This document shows, in pieces, positions 9,273-18,495 of a stretch of 53,869 nucleotides of DNA. A model generated the notes under the pieces. The model ran no database searches, was not told the DNA's origin, and was given only the letters and a program-made list of their open reading frames with translations. The position numbers were made by a program, and so were the translations under genes. Position 1 is the stretch's first letter. Every line of letters begins with the position of its first letter. The DNA is from a virus. Taxonomy: Duplodnaviria; Caudoviricetes. The stretch is from the IMG/VR virus record IMGVR_UViG_3300028410_000014, positions 1 through 53,869 of that record; one strand, 5' to 3'.

Positions 9273-9357
9273 AATTCCTCCGCTAACTTACTCATTTGAA
9301 TAGCCCAGTCTTCATTAAAATGCACAACTTCGCAGCTTGATTTTTCCAGAATACTTG

Positions 9358-10185
9358 TCATTTAGGTGGCACCTTAAACTTAGGTGGTGGATTGAACTTG
9401 GGAGGAGCTTTGCGGGTTTCATTGTTATGCGTCTCAGCATCCATTGCGTGAACAATGTTAGGTGCGCTTGCTCCGTAAGAATTGAGAGTGCCACCTCTTT
9501 TCATCCCGACATTGTCTTCCTTAACTGTGTTTGCAGCTATTATGATTTGAGGCGGCCCTTCATCTCTCCCTGTTTTCTTTTCCCTGTTTAATTGTGTGAT
9601 TGATTTCTCAGGTTTATGAGTCAGCCAACCAGGGGTGATGCTGTTGAATTCTACGTCTTTCAGTAGAGACAACTTATGATTTACGTGCGCCTGGTATGCT
9701 TTACAAGGGTCTTGGATGTGCCTAAACTCAGGCATAACAAAACGCATGGGAGCCGTGAAGTCCTCACAGCTGAGCTTGTCAGGCGCTGTCATCAAGACAT
9801 TCTGCAAGTTGTGGTACTCGTGTTTTTCGCCGTGCTGCCTCTCATAGAGGGTACACGCACGGATGAAGCACAGAACCAGCCAAGTGTAATTGGCGGTAGA
9901 CTCACACAGCCAATTCACACAAGGGTGTTCCAAGTTTACACCGGCAAGCAGTATGTAACCTGTTAGGCGAGGCTTCTTACCACTTTCATCCAGAGTGTCT
10001 GTGTGATGCACCCACCACTTGCGGTCATTGCCGTCGTGCTTAACCCACAGTGGGCCGAACCCGTCCAACTTTCGGTGTGCCGAGGACAGCAACATGGCGT
10101 AATGTGGGATTTTCTCCCTCAAATGCGCATTGCAAAGCTCCTCTGCGGAAGTACGCGGGTCTTTGTTTGTGTAAAAGATGTTCAT
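9358..10185 (-). CDS. pyrimidine-dimer DNA glycosylase/endonuclease V-like protein with C-terminal extension
   Basis: MNIFY...P...A...C..H......YA.LLSSAHR and HPC..W...S..NY.WL patterns of the phage Pyr_excise-like family. Confidence 0.65.
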   Translation of the reverse strand: MNIFYTNKDPRTSAEELCNAHLREKIPHYAMLLSSAHRKLDGFGPLWVKHDGNDRKWWVHHTDTLDESGKKPRLTGYILLAGVNLEHPCVNWLCESTANYTWLVLCFIRACTLYERQHGEKHEYHNLQNVLMTAPDKLSCEDFTAPMRFVMPEFRHIQDPCKAYQAHVNHKLSLLKDVEFNSITPGWLTHKPEKSITQLNREKKTGRDEGPPQIIIAANTVKEDNVGMKRGGTLNSYGASAPNIVHAMDAETHNNETRKAPPKFNPPPKFKVPPK

Positions 10186-10427
10186 TAGTGTATTGTCTCC
10201 ATAATGTAGTAAAACAATTCAATTCCCTTATCTTTGTCTATGGAAATCCTGGAAGCCTTCGCCGTAAAGTACTGCGTTGGCAGCCCGCCTCCTTCTATTC
10301 GCAACGCTCTTGTGTCCCCTGATAACACCCAAGCAACAGCAAAAGGAAGCGACTTCAACGGGAGACTCATTTTACACTCTTTCATCGGATTACACCATAT
10401 GTTTGAGTTCAGCCATTGACACTTCAA
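10185..10427 (-). CDS. hypothetical protein (start uncertain)
   Basis: Stop overlaps next ATG. Confidence 0.45.
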   Translation of the reverse strand: MKCQWLNSNIWCNPMKECKMSLPLKSLPFAVAWVLSGDTRALRIEGGGLPTQYFTAKASRISIDKDKGIELFYYIMETIH

Positions 10428-10599
10428 GGCCGAAATAGATACAGAATTTCACAAATACTCTGAGACTTGGAGACTCAACCTCTCCTCTGGACCAACTATC
10501 ATAGGTCCCTCCGCACACTCTCACGTTTTCAATTACAGTGGCACGGCTTGTTTGCTTGAGTTTCATCTTAATGATTTCAAAAGCTTCCAGATAAGTCAT
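10390..10599 (-). CDS. putative XRE-type helix-turn-helix protein
   Basis: TYDSWSRGEVESPSLRVFVKFCIYFGL resembles an XRE HTH C-terminal half. Confidence 0.5.
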   Translation of the reverse strand: MTYLEAFEIIKMKLKQTSRATVIENVRVCGGTYDSWSRGEVESPSLRVFVKFCIYFGLEVSMAELKHMV

Positions 10600-10889
10600 T
10601 AGCTGATTCCGTCTAAATATGATTTGATATCTATGCAGAGTTGTTTTGCCACCAACTCAGCGCCGGCATTGGGTTTTCTTAGTATTACACTTTCAGCTAT
10701 ACCCCAAAGTTTTAGTTTAAAATCTGCAATTTTTTTCCTCTTATTTTCCTCGCAAAGCTTCCAGACTTTATAGTAGGCATTAAGATGGCCGTCATAGTAA
10801 CCTTGCTCGCTCCTTGTGTTAAATGCCGCTGCGGGTATTTTAAAATTACCACGCATTACCTCCTCAAACTCTGTTCGGTCATTTATCAT
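10599..10889 (-). CDS. hypothetical protein
   Basis: Coupled tiling. Confidence 0.6.
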   Translation of the reverse strand: MINDRTEFEEVMRGNFKIPAAAFNTRSEQGYYDGHLNAYYKVWKLCEENKRKKIADFKLKLWGIAESVILRKPNAGAELVAKQLCIDIKSYLDGIS

Positions 10890-11167
10890 TTTGACTCCAG
10901 TCGAACCATTTCACGGTATACCCAGTAGATGACTCTCTCAATTGGTATCTCAGCATATTGCGCCACTACACTGCCATTTGTAGCGGTCTGCACGCCAACT
11001 TTAATAGCCTCTTGAGAAGGTGTCCTTTCTACAATAGCTGGACGCATTTGCACAAAATTCTCCAGACGTTGGATTGCGTCTGAACCGTCAGGAGTTGCAT
11101 TTATTTTGTTTTCATAACCTAACTCTTCAAATTTGTCCAGTAAAGCACTTAAGTCATCAAGTAGCAT
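10886..11167 (-). CDS. hypothetical protein
   Basis: Coupled tiling. Confidence 0.6.
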   Translation of the reverse strand: MLLDDLSALLDKFEELGYENKINATPDGSDAIQRLENFVQMRPAIVERTPSQEAIKVGVQTATNGSVVAQYAEIPIERVIYWVYREMVRLESK

Positions 11168-11519
11168 TTTTAATCTCCTGTGTCATCATATCAGACAACT
11201 CTTTTGCTTTTTGCGGCTCGTGCATTGCCAGATTGACCAGCGCCTCTACTGTAATAGTCCTAAGTTCTTTCACTCTGACGCGCAGCACTGCAATCTCGTC
11301 GGGATGCTTGTGAGAGTCTCCCGGCAGAGGCATATCTCGCCATGTCTCATCATTGTCCAAAGCTGACTGGGCGCGCTGGACTATCCATTTAAACCGCCGT
11401 GTATTAGGGCCATTTGCCGCAATTATAATGTCGTCAAATGCATCTTCCAACCTGCTAAGCATGCCCAAAAGCTCTGGGATGTCATTTAATGATGTGGCTT
11501 GTTTGACCAGTTTTCTCAT
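11157..11519 (-). CDS. hypothetical protein
   Basis: Coupled tiling. Confidence 0.6.
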   Translation of the reverse strand: MRKLVKQATSLNDIPELLGMLSRLEDAFDDIIIAANGPNTRRFKWIVQRAQSALDNDETWRDMPLPGDSHKHPDEIAVLRVRVKELRTITVEALVNLAMHEPQKAKELSDMMTQEIKNAT

Positions 11520-11887
11520 TCAGTCATGCTCCTGTGTCTCGCTTCGACCATTTCTTTGGCAATACGATAGGCAGTATCAGTGCAGAGCCTAGCTATTGCC
11601 TCATCTGTATTTAAGTTGAGAGAACTGTTTTCTAATGCAAAAGACATAAATCTTTCAGCAAAGTCATCGGTCAGTCTGTCAAGATATTTTTTCTCTTCAC
11701 TCTGTTGGCTGTGGTACGCAACTCCATTATACAGGATTTTGTGGTACAACGCTTTAACCTCGTTGCGCGTCATCACTTCACCGTGCTCTTCTAATGCATT
11801 TTGAAATCGTAAGTGTTTGTCTAGCGCATTACCGTCAATGTAAGAATTCTCAAATATCTCAAGCAAAGTTACTGGTGCAATTTTCAT
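11516..11887 (-). CDS. hypothetical protein
   Basis: Coupled tiling. Confidence 0.6.
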   Translation of the reverse strand: MKIAPVTLLEIFENSYIDGNALDKHLRFQNALEEHGEVMTRNEVKALYHKILYNGVAYHSQQSEEKKYLDRLTDDFAERFMSFALENSSLNLNTDEAIARLCTDTAYRIAKEMVEARHRSMTE

Positions 11888-12423
11888 AAGTTAAATACCT
11901 TGTTCGGCATGTCGCTGAGAAATGTATGTCGCTTCTCACTTAGAACATACCCTGCAAGTTCAGGAGGAAGTACGCCGTCACTATCAAGCCTCCAAATTAT
12001 TGCTAAGCATTCGTCTTTCATGGCTTTGACAGAAGTATTTCCGAGTGCTTGCTCTTCTTGGCACCACTGCCACAACTCTACTATGTCTACCGACTTAAGC
12101 CAGAAAGTTTCTTCGGCAGTCAATTCAATTTCAGGGTGAATTTGTTTGAGGATTGCTTTTTCAAAAGTATTTATTTCAGCTTTCATTTTGGGGGCCAAAT
12201 ACTTTACGGGAGTCGGCAGATCACCTGTCCACCGTTCCGGGACATCATGCAGCACAACTGCTTTAATTAAGTTTGTAGAAGGATTAGGGTGAAACACCAT
12301 CAGCAGTGCCAGCATGTTGAAGCTGTGTTGACCTACTGTATACTCGCGATGCATAAATTTTGTGTGACAGCGTTTGACAAATCCGCCTTCACGTATTGCC
12401 TTTATCCGGTCAGAAGTTTTCAC
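11884..12423 (-). CDS. HD-domain nucleotide hydrolase (YfbR/DatZ-like)
   Basis: VKRCH...TVGQHS...LHDVPE..TGDLPTPVK...KSVD signature. Confidence 0.85.
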   Translation of the reverse strand: MKTSDRIKAIREGGFVKRCHTKFMHREYTVGQHSFNMLALLMVFHPNPSTNLIKAVVLHDVPERWTGDLPTPVKYLAPKMKAEINTFEKAILKQIHPEIELTAEETFWLKSVDIVELWQWCQEEQALGNTSVKAMKDECLAIIWRLDSDGVLPPELAGYVLSEKRHTFLSDMPNKVFNL

Positions 12424-12772
12424 CTTGCATCTCCTTAATGTACATTTTTACAATCTGTGTAGCACCAAAGCGGTCTTTCAAAAAGACTTTTGAATTAGCG
12501 ACGACATTTGAGAGTTGTAATATGTTATATGTTTCTTTCATTTCTTTAAAAATAGGAGTCGCCATAAAGTATGAAGTCTCATTAAGCCTTATTTCTACAT
12601 GGTCTGAAAAAGCCACTCTTAAAAATTTTCTGAGGTCTTCAGGGTAGATATAAAAATTCATAAAGTCTTTATAGGCACAAATGCAAAGTTCGGCTAAGTC
12701 GCCACCTTCATGTAAATCCGCCTCGTCAACTAAATAGGTGACATCGTTAGACGCCGTTAAAAGTATTAACAT
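12410..12772 (-). CDS. hypothetical protein
   Basis: AAGGAG Shine-Dalgarno. Confidence 0.65.
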   Translation of the reverse strand: MLILLTASNDVTYLVDEADLHEGGDLAELCICAYKDFMNFYIYPEDLRKFLRVAFSDHVEIRLNETSYFMATPIFKEMKETYNILQLSNVVANSKVFLKDRFGATQIVKMYIKEMQGENF

Positions 12773-12793
12773 AACTGCTCCTTTTGATTTTAA

Positions 12794-12820
12794 CCCCCAA
12801 CATTATGTCGGGGGCTTTTT
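12794..12820. terminator. GC-rich intergenic hairpin
   Basis: CCCCCAACA-TTA-TGTCGGGGG; the T tract lies on the plus strand. Confidence 0.5.
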
Positions 12821-12823
12821 AAT

Positions 12824-13426
12824 CTAACTGTTAAACTTTTTCCACTCATGCTGACTGAACAAGGCTTCCGCCTGTCTACCCAGCATTTTGGCTCCGCTGA
12901 GTGTCTGCCTTTCTTTGAGCTCCTCCTCGATCTTTTTAGCGTGCTCGGGATGGAGCCTTGCCATCATTCGGCGATGCAAGTCTGCATTGACATCCCACCA
13001 AGTTTGATTACTCAAAAATGCACCGTTGTCTTCTTCGGGGCGTTCTTGCTTTACTACCAACTCACTGTAGAAGCGGAGAGCTTCAATGACAGCTACTTGC
13101 GTCAGGCTACCGAAGTCCGAAAACTCCATCAGTTCTGTCACAAATTCTGTATTACTAGGTTGCATTTTTGCTTTCTTTATTGCTTGTACCATGGCTAATA
13201 GATCGTCTTCACTGAAATAGGTGTTATTTCCTATTTTAATGTCAAGATCTTTGTCAACTACCCAAGTCGGGAACTCTTGCAAAAGAAAGCCCTTAAATGG
13301 TAATTCAGCCAGCATATCCAGCAAGTTATCTCGGGTTAAAGAGACACTTTGTTTATCCGGAAATATGTAAATAACAAGTGCGTTTTCAGATACTATCCAT
13401 TCATCATGTGACGCTGTTCTTTTCAT
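12824..13426 (-). CDS. hypothetical protein
   Basis: 200-aa ORF directly after the ligase. Confidence 0.7.
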   Translation of the reverse strand: MKRTASHDEWIVSENALVIYIFPDKQSVSLTRDNLLDMLAELPFKGFLLQEFPTWVVDKDLDIKIGNNTYFSEDDLLAMVQAIKKAKMQPSNTEFVTELMEFSDFGSLTQVAVIEALRFYSELVVKQERPEEDNGAFLSNQTWWDVNADLHRRMMARLHPEHAKKIEEELKERQTLSGAKMLGRQAEALFSQHEWKKFNS

Positions 13427-13428
13427 AT

Positions 13429-14781
13429 TTAAATCATCGCTTTTATAGACTCGTAGCTGTCGGTGTCATCTTTGTCAAATCTGAACTCTTTAAACCTGGG
13501 CAGAAACAATGAGAACGTTTCTCTGTTTCTTTTGCTGAGCAAGTCATTGAAGGTCAACTCCATCAAACGGCCTTTGTAGACATTCTCCCAGTTTTCATAG
13601 ATGTCTTTTCTCAGCTCGTCGGTGTAGCCTGAAACATCTACAATAACATTCCCATCGTCTGTCGCGCAGGCGATTGAGCCGAATGTAGCTTCATTTTTAC
13701 CCGTACCCGGAGTCAGCAACAACATCCGCAGATCTGCAGTGTGTTCAGCTTTAATCTTGATCTCATGCTTGGAAGTTGTTTTCTTCCAAAGACCTTCAGG
13801 GTGCTTCAAGACAGTGCCTTCACCGCCCGAATCCATAACTTTTTGCGCATGTGCTTGTGCCTCTTCCAAGCTGAAGACTTGCCGTGTCTCCACAAAGCTT
13901 ATGTCACTGAAATCTTGGAAAGATAAGATGCTCAGCAGTGCGGCTTTACGTTGGACTCTTTTGCGATCATAAAAATTATCTGCAGCAGCTTGTATTGGCA
14001 CCATATCCCACACTGTGTACGCAACGTGGCAATCATCAGGCAACGTGTCATTGCCGTTTAACAGTGCATTGATGAAACCGTTACCGGTTTGACGCTTCAT
14101 TGTCTGCCCGTCTCTGACAACAATTAGCTCGCCAGAGAAGCGGAAGCCGGGAGGTAACAATCGAATGTCTTTATTTAGACCATCCCAAGACGCCAAGCCA
14201 AGGTCAAATAGCTGGCCTTTGCGTGTATGCATCTGCCCTCCGCTGCCCACTACAGACAGGCTGGCAAACATACCGTCCAGTTTCACTTCACTGTCAATGC
14301 CTGAGACCCAGGGCCATTCTTTAAGATTCACATGCTTGGGCAATGAGCACCGCATGTAAGGGAAGTCGGTGATCAAAGCAGAACCATTGATCTTTTTTGA
14401 AGCTTTGTTTACAATTGCCGTGCCGAAGCCTGCACGCAAATCCTTTTTAAGAATTCGGCGGAACAATTCTTGGGACTCTCCTGTGAGACTTCCTAAATGA
14501 TCAGTGACAAGGTCAATTGTATCTATAGATCGTTGAACTTCACCTGAGGAGAGACGCTCCAAAATATCCCAAGATTCCTCATTTAAAGTATTGTAGCCGG
14601 GAGTTACGGCAGGCATGTCTAGCAGACCAAACCTTAGAAGCGGCTCACAAGCTAATTTGATTACTTTTTTGAATAGTTCAGTATGTAGACACGCTTCAAT
14701 AATATCTTGTTTAGCCTTTGTGCTCGGAGTTACCGCAATGTACTCAATAATTTCAAACACATCATCTGAGTTGTTAATCAT
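13429..14781 (-). CDS. ATP-dependent DNA ligase
   Basis: EVKLDG (motif I), FSGEL, VWD, EGTVLK, KIK, LFLPRF; ATG at 14781 preferred. Confidence 0.93.
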   Translation of the reverse strand: MINNSDDVFEIIEYIAVTPSTKAKQDIIEACLHTELFKKVIKLACEPLLRFGLLDMPAVTPGYNTLNEESWDILERLSSGEVQRSIDTIDLVTDHLGSLTGESQELFRRILKKDLRAGFGTAIVNKASKKINGSALITDFPYMRCSLPKHVNLKEWPWVSGIDSEVKLDGMFASLSVVGSGGQMHTRKGQLFDLGLASWDGLNKDIRLLPPGFRFSGELIVVRDGQTMKRQTGNGFINALLNGNDTLPDDCHVAYTVWDMVPIQAAADNFYDRKRVQRKAALLSILSFQDFSDISFVETRQVFSLEEAQAHAQKVMDSGGEGTVLKHPEGLWKKTTSKHEIKIKAEHTADLRMLLLTPGTGKNEATFGSIACATDDGNVIVDVSGYTDELRKDIYENWENVYKGRLMELTFNDLLSKRNRETFSLFLPRFKEFRFDKDDTDSYESIKAMI

Positions 14782-14901
14782 CCTTTTAAACCTTTTATGA
14801 GAAGTGAGGATTGCCCTTTGTCTAATGTCCACGGCATTTCTTTGCCGCAGTCTACACATTTCTTTAAATTAAGCGACATCAGGCTTACTGTAGTGTTACA
14901 T

Positions 14902-17541
14902 TCACAAGATGTCGACTGCGGCAATTTTAGTTCCTTTTTCTGTTTTGTTGAAGGATTCTTCACTTGCTTTTTCCTCAATAAAATCTACTGCAGTCATTCG
15001 GCCTGTTGACGGAATAAATCGAAGACCTGCAACTCTGCCTGTTAAGCCGATTGTCCTGGCTTTCAGCACTGCCATGTCTATCGTGTTTCTGTCTGTCTCT
15101 GACTCGGCTGTCATGTTTCTTGCAAAGGCCACTATGTCAAATGAGATTTGCTTTATGGAGCCTGAGTTATGGGTGATGGTATGGTTGCCTAAAAGAAAAC
15201 GTCCATTGCCGTTAAGCACAAAACCATAGTAGTCTTGTACATCCAGGGCTTCAACAGTGATGCCTCTCTTCAGCGCATTGGTCTGTCTATCAACTTTGTT
15301 AATTTTCTGCGTAGGAATTTTATCAATATCCCCAGAGATCATAACTTGAAATATCTCAGAACCATTTGAAGAATAATCACCTGAAATTATCTGAGACCTC
15401 ACAGTACTGTAAAGACCCAGAGATCTTGCAATGCTTTTCACTGTTTTTGCAAGCTCTTTATCTTTCTGGTAGAAATAGAAATGACTGTCACGTGTTGAAT
15501 AAGAGCCATCTGTATCAAGCAAGCCTGCAAGAAGCTCTAGTCGCTGTGCTCTGCTGGCATATTGATAAGCTGAAGGAATATGTTTATTTTTAAACAAGTC
15601 AAGGTTTTTCAGCTTGTTAAGCATTTCTCCTTTTGTTTCTGTTATGAAGTTGAAATATTCTTTGTTGACATTTTTTGGGCTCCCTAAGACTGCGCCGAGC
15701 TCATTAGCTACTCTTTCAACAATACCTATGCGAGCTGCGTCCATGATTCTGAAAGCTGATTTAGAACCATCGCCGAGCCAAGCGCCTAGAGAGTAAGGCG
15801 GGATAAGAAGCTCTTGATGGGGTAAATCATAACCTCCGCTGTAGTGCTGCTTACATCTGTATTGAAAGCTGTCACTTTTGTTTAAGAAATCTTTCACAGA
15901 AATATTAAATAATTTGTCATTATGCGACAATGTCAAGACATGGTCTTCATTACAAATGAAAGAATCATTTGAGGTTTTTGTCACCACTCTGTACATTTGC
16001 TGCGAGCCTCGCCTTAATTTTAAAATCTGCCTAGGCTGACCGTTGTCACCAATTAGGCAATCTCCGACTTTTAAATTTTGAACTGCTTCAGAAGTGCCGT
16101 TCGAAAGCAAGACTTTTGTGTCTCTAGCAAGGCATCCTTTTATATCATCCAGAGAAGGCAGTCTTCCTTCTTCGAATGACTTTTTGTCGTTAGGCGTTTT
16201 GCGTAGATGCGACACAAGACCGATCCATACGTCAGGATAGCGCTTCACAATACGCAGCAAGTCGTTCATTATTTTATCTTGTGCTTCATTACCTTGCAAG
16301 TTTTCTGCCCCTTCCGATACAAGTATCGTGATGTGGTCAATGAAAATTTTCTTGCAGCCAACCAAGCACATATATTCTATGCGATCGATTATACTGCCGT
16401 CATTTGCAGAGCCTTGATGATCTAATAGCTCTACTCTGTCGCCTTCAAAGACTTCATTAAAGCCGACTTCAAGATCTTCTAGAGAAATCTCTTCCAGGGC
16501 TTTATTACGCTTCAGCTGCATACTTGCAAGAGACTTACCGGTCTCACCGGGGGCTTCTTCCAAGCTTATTACGCCAATCTTCTCCTTAGATGTCGCCAGG
16601 ATATGCAAGATTATTTCTCGCATTATTGTACTTTTACCCGAACCTGTGCCGGAGATGAATAGCGTAATCTCTCCGCCGCGCATGCCTTTAAGCTTACTGT
16701 TGAGACCGGCAAGACAAGGCGGAAATGGAATTGAAACAACTTTACTTGCTGCTACAATTGCTTCCCATATAGCAGTTCGCTTTATGATCCCGGAGGGTAC
16801 AAACGTAGTTGCGTCAAAGATACATTGAAGTAGCTCTTTGCCACCCATTTCGACAAGCACGTTATTTGCATCATTTTTCGGGAGTTTTGTGACACGCGCT
16901 TTATCGTAACCAATGATTCTTATAGCTTCTTTTTGTGCCTTCAAGCCTGCGTCGTCTTCATCAAAACAAATCACAACTTCTTGAAAAGAGCGAATCCAAG
17001 AGCGATGCTCTACAAGGTGCTCTGCCATTGCGGAAGAAGAAATACCTACTATTGGGTAAAACTTATTGTATCTTTGATGGGATGCCTCGGCTACTGCAAG
17101 AGTATCGCATTCACCTTCGCATATAATTAAACGCTTGCCACCGCCGTTAAAGTGTTCCATACCGAATAGGGACTTGGAACCAGACGGTGTCCATTGAAAC
17201 TCTTTGGGGAGTTTGCGGATTTTATAATGTGTTTCTTTTTCATAGGGGTAGTAATGTGTGTCAATATTACCGTCTGAATTGTAAGAAACTTTCACATTGT
17301 AAAAAGCACAGACTGCTTTGGTAATAGCTCTTGCTTCAAAGCCTCTTGTTGCGTATGTCTTTATCTCTTCTGGATCTATCCTTTTAGGACTGTACATTCT
17401 GGGTGCTGGCTTGACTGCTTCATCAGATTTAAAACTTTTGTCACATGAGAAGCATTTTGAACCGCCGTCTTCATATATCTGACGTGCATCAGTTGAGTCA
17501 CAAGCCAAGCAGGGCTGATTTCGCTTGACGATTTTGCCCAT
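14902..17541 (-). CDS. T7 gp4-like primase-helicase precursor containing an intein
   Basis: N-terminal CxxC/CxxC Zn finger, TOPRIM (CEGECD, FDEDDAG), Walker A SGTGSGKS, IFIDHI, LVSHL, DDIKG|SGSIKQ. Confidence 0.95.
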   Translation of the reverse strand: MGKIVKRNQPCLACDSTDARQIYEDGGSKCFSCDKSFKSDEAVKPAPRMYSPKRIDPEEIKTYATRGFEARAITKAVCAFYNVKVSYNSDGNIDTHYYPYEKETHYKIRKLPKEFQWTPSGSKSLFGMEHFNGGGKRLIICEGECDTLAVAEASHQRYNKFYPIVGISSSAMAEHLVEHRSWIRSFQEVVICFDEDDAGLKAQKEAIRIIGYDKARVTKLPKNDANNVLVEMGGKELLQCIFDATTFVPSGIIKRTAIWEAIVAASKVVSIPFPPCLAGLNSKLKGMRGGEITLFISGTGSGKSTIMREIILHILATSKEKIGVISLEEAPGETGKSLASMQLKRNKALEEISLEDLEVGFNEVFEGDRVELLDHQGSANDGSIIDRIEYMCLVGCKKIFIDHITILVSEGAENLQGNEAQDKIMNDLLRIVKRYPDVWIGLVSHLRKTPNDKKSFEEGRLPSLDDIKGCLARDTKVLLSNGTSEAVQNLKVGDCLIGDNGQPRQILKLRRGSQQMYRVVTKTSNDSFICNEDHVLTLSHNDKLFNISVKDFLNKSDSFQYRCKQHYSGGYDLPHQELLIPPYSLGAWLGDGSKSAFRIMDAARIGIVERVANELGAVLGSPKNVNKEYFNFITETKGEMLNKLKNLDLFKNKHIPSAYQYASRAQRLELLAGLLDTDGSYSTRDSHFYFYQKDKELAKTVKSIARSLGLYSTVRSQIISGDYSSNGSEIFQVMISGDIDKIPTQKINKVDRQTNALKRGITVEALDVQDYYGFVLNGNGRFLLGNHTITHNSGSIKQISFDIVAFARNMTAESETDRNTIDMAVLKARTIGLTGRVAGLRFIPSTGRMTAVDFIEEKASEESFNKTEKGTKIAAVDIL
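15166..16134 (-). mobile_element. intein (323 aa) with LAGLIDADG homing endonuclease
   Basis: Begins CLARDT, ends ITHN followed by Ser; block B ICNEDH; LGAWLGDGS and LAGLLDTDGS motifs; removal restores DDIKGSGSIKQ. Confidence 0.93.
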
Positions 17542-17543
17542 TA

Positions 17544-17726
17544 CTACCTCATTGTGTTCGCAATAAAGCCTAATATTAAAGAAGATAGCATTAATTTAAT
17601 GTTGGATAGGTCGTTGTCTTCAGCAACCCCCAATGCTTCCATTCCCATCAAAATGCAGCTGGCAATTAAACCCACAGCGGCAATGAGTGTGAGGATTACA
17701 AATAAAAAACGTTTGAACTTAAGCAT
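17544..17726 (-). CDS. small membrane protein
   Basis: Two hydrophobic segments. Confidence 0.6.
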   Translation of the reverse strand: MLKFKRFLFVILTLIAAVGLIASCILMGMEALGVAEDNDLSNIKLMLSSLILGFIANTMR

Positions 17727-18177
17727 CGGGGTCTCCCATGTTGATGATTATATTCAGTCTGCGTTTATGCCTTTCAGATAATTTTTCGCTGACATTCCAT
17801 GCAACTTTTTCAATGCGCTTGTTATACCAACGATCTGTTGTAGGCGCCTCCACTAGACACAAGGACCATGTCTCTGCGTAGCTCACAGTACCTGTCATCC
17901 TGTATTGCTCAAGACAAAAGAAATCAAAGTCTGATTTATCACCTGCTTCCAGCAAGCTATTCAATATGTTTGAAGAAGACGTGTACTTACGCCAGTTTGT
18001 CTCATAGCCACTGCTGACTCTGAAAGATTTTTTGCCTAAGTAAAATTTCTCCATTAAATTATCGCGGATTATGTAAACAAAGCCTGCTCCTTTTCCCATC
18101 TGTTGATCAAACTTCCAATGACCATTGTTGAACTTTGAGGCGGAGGGAACATAGTTGTTTGGCACTGACATTTTCAT
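17719..18177 (-). CDS. GIY-YIG family nuclease
   Basis: GFVYII...FYLGKK...WRKYTSS...E...YN. Confidence 0.7.
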   Translation of the reverse strand: MKMSVPNNYVPSASKFNNGHWKFDQQMGKGAGFVYIIRDNLMEKFYLGKKSFRVSSGYETNWRKYTSSSNILNSLLEAGDKSDFDFFCLEQYRMTGTVSYAETWSLCLVEAPTTDRWYNKRIEKVAWNVSEKLSERHKRRLNIIINMGDPDA

Positions 18178-18252
18178 TGGGTTCGCTCAGTTGAGGAACC
18201 GACAACCTACTCATCTTGGAGGGCTATTCTTGACGATCCGAAAAGTTTAATC

Positions 18253-18495
18253 TTAGTCCGGCTCCTTTAGAGCTATTGAACTGATGGTGTGAGTTTTCTT
18301 TGTGAAATCAGGCGTTATTTCTTTTGTGTAAGGCTTAAATGTGCCTACCCAGTCACCACTCAGACAATTCACTCTGACAGCGTCCTCACCGTCCATTGCA
18401 AACATTTCAAAAGTAGTACCATCGAGCCAGACAGTGGCATTTCTATCCACGCAACTCTTTAACGATGGGCCATTCTCGAATAGTGAAGTGTGCAT
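18253..18495 (-). CDS. hypothetical protein (start uncertain)
   Basis: Fills the gap after the exonuclease. Confidence 0.45.
   Translation of the reverse strand: MHTSLFENGPSLKSCVDRNATVWLDGTTFEMFAMDGEDAVRVNCLSGDWVGTFKPYTKEITPDFTKKTHTISSIALKEPD

Noticed and set aside
14778-14978. 66-aa Cys-containing ORF between helicase and ligase
   Set aside because: The called start lies inside the helicase gene with no clear ribosome-binding site. A shorter peptide may exist but cannot be supported.
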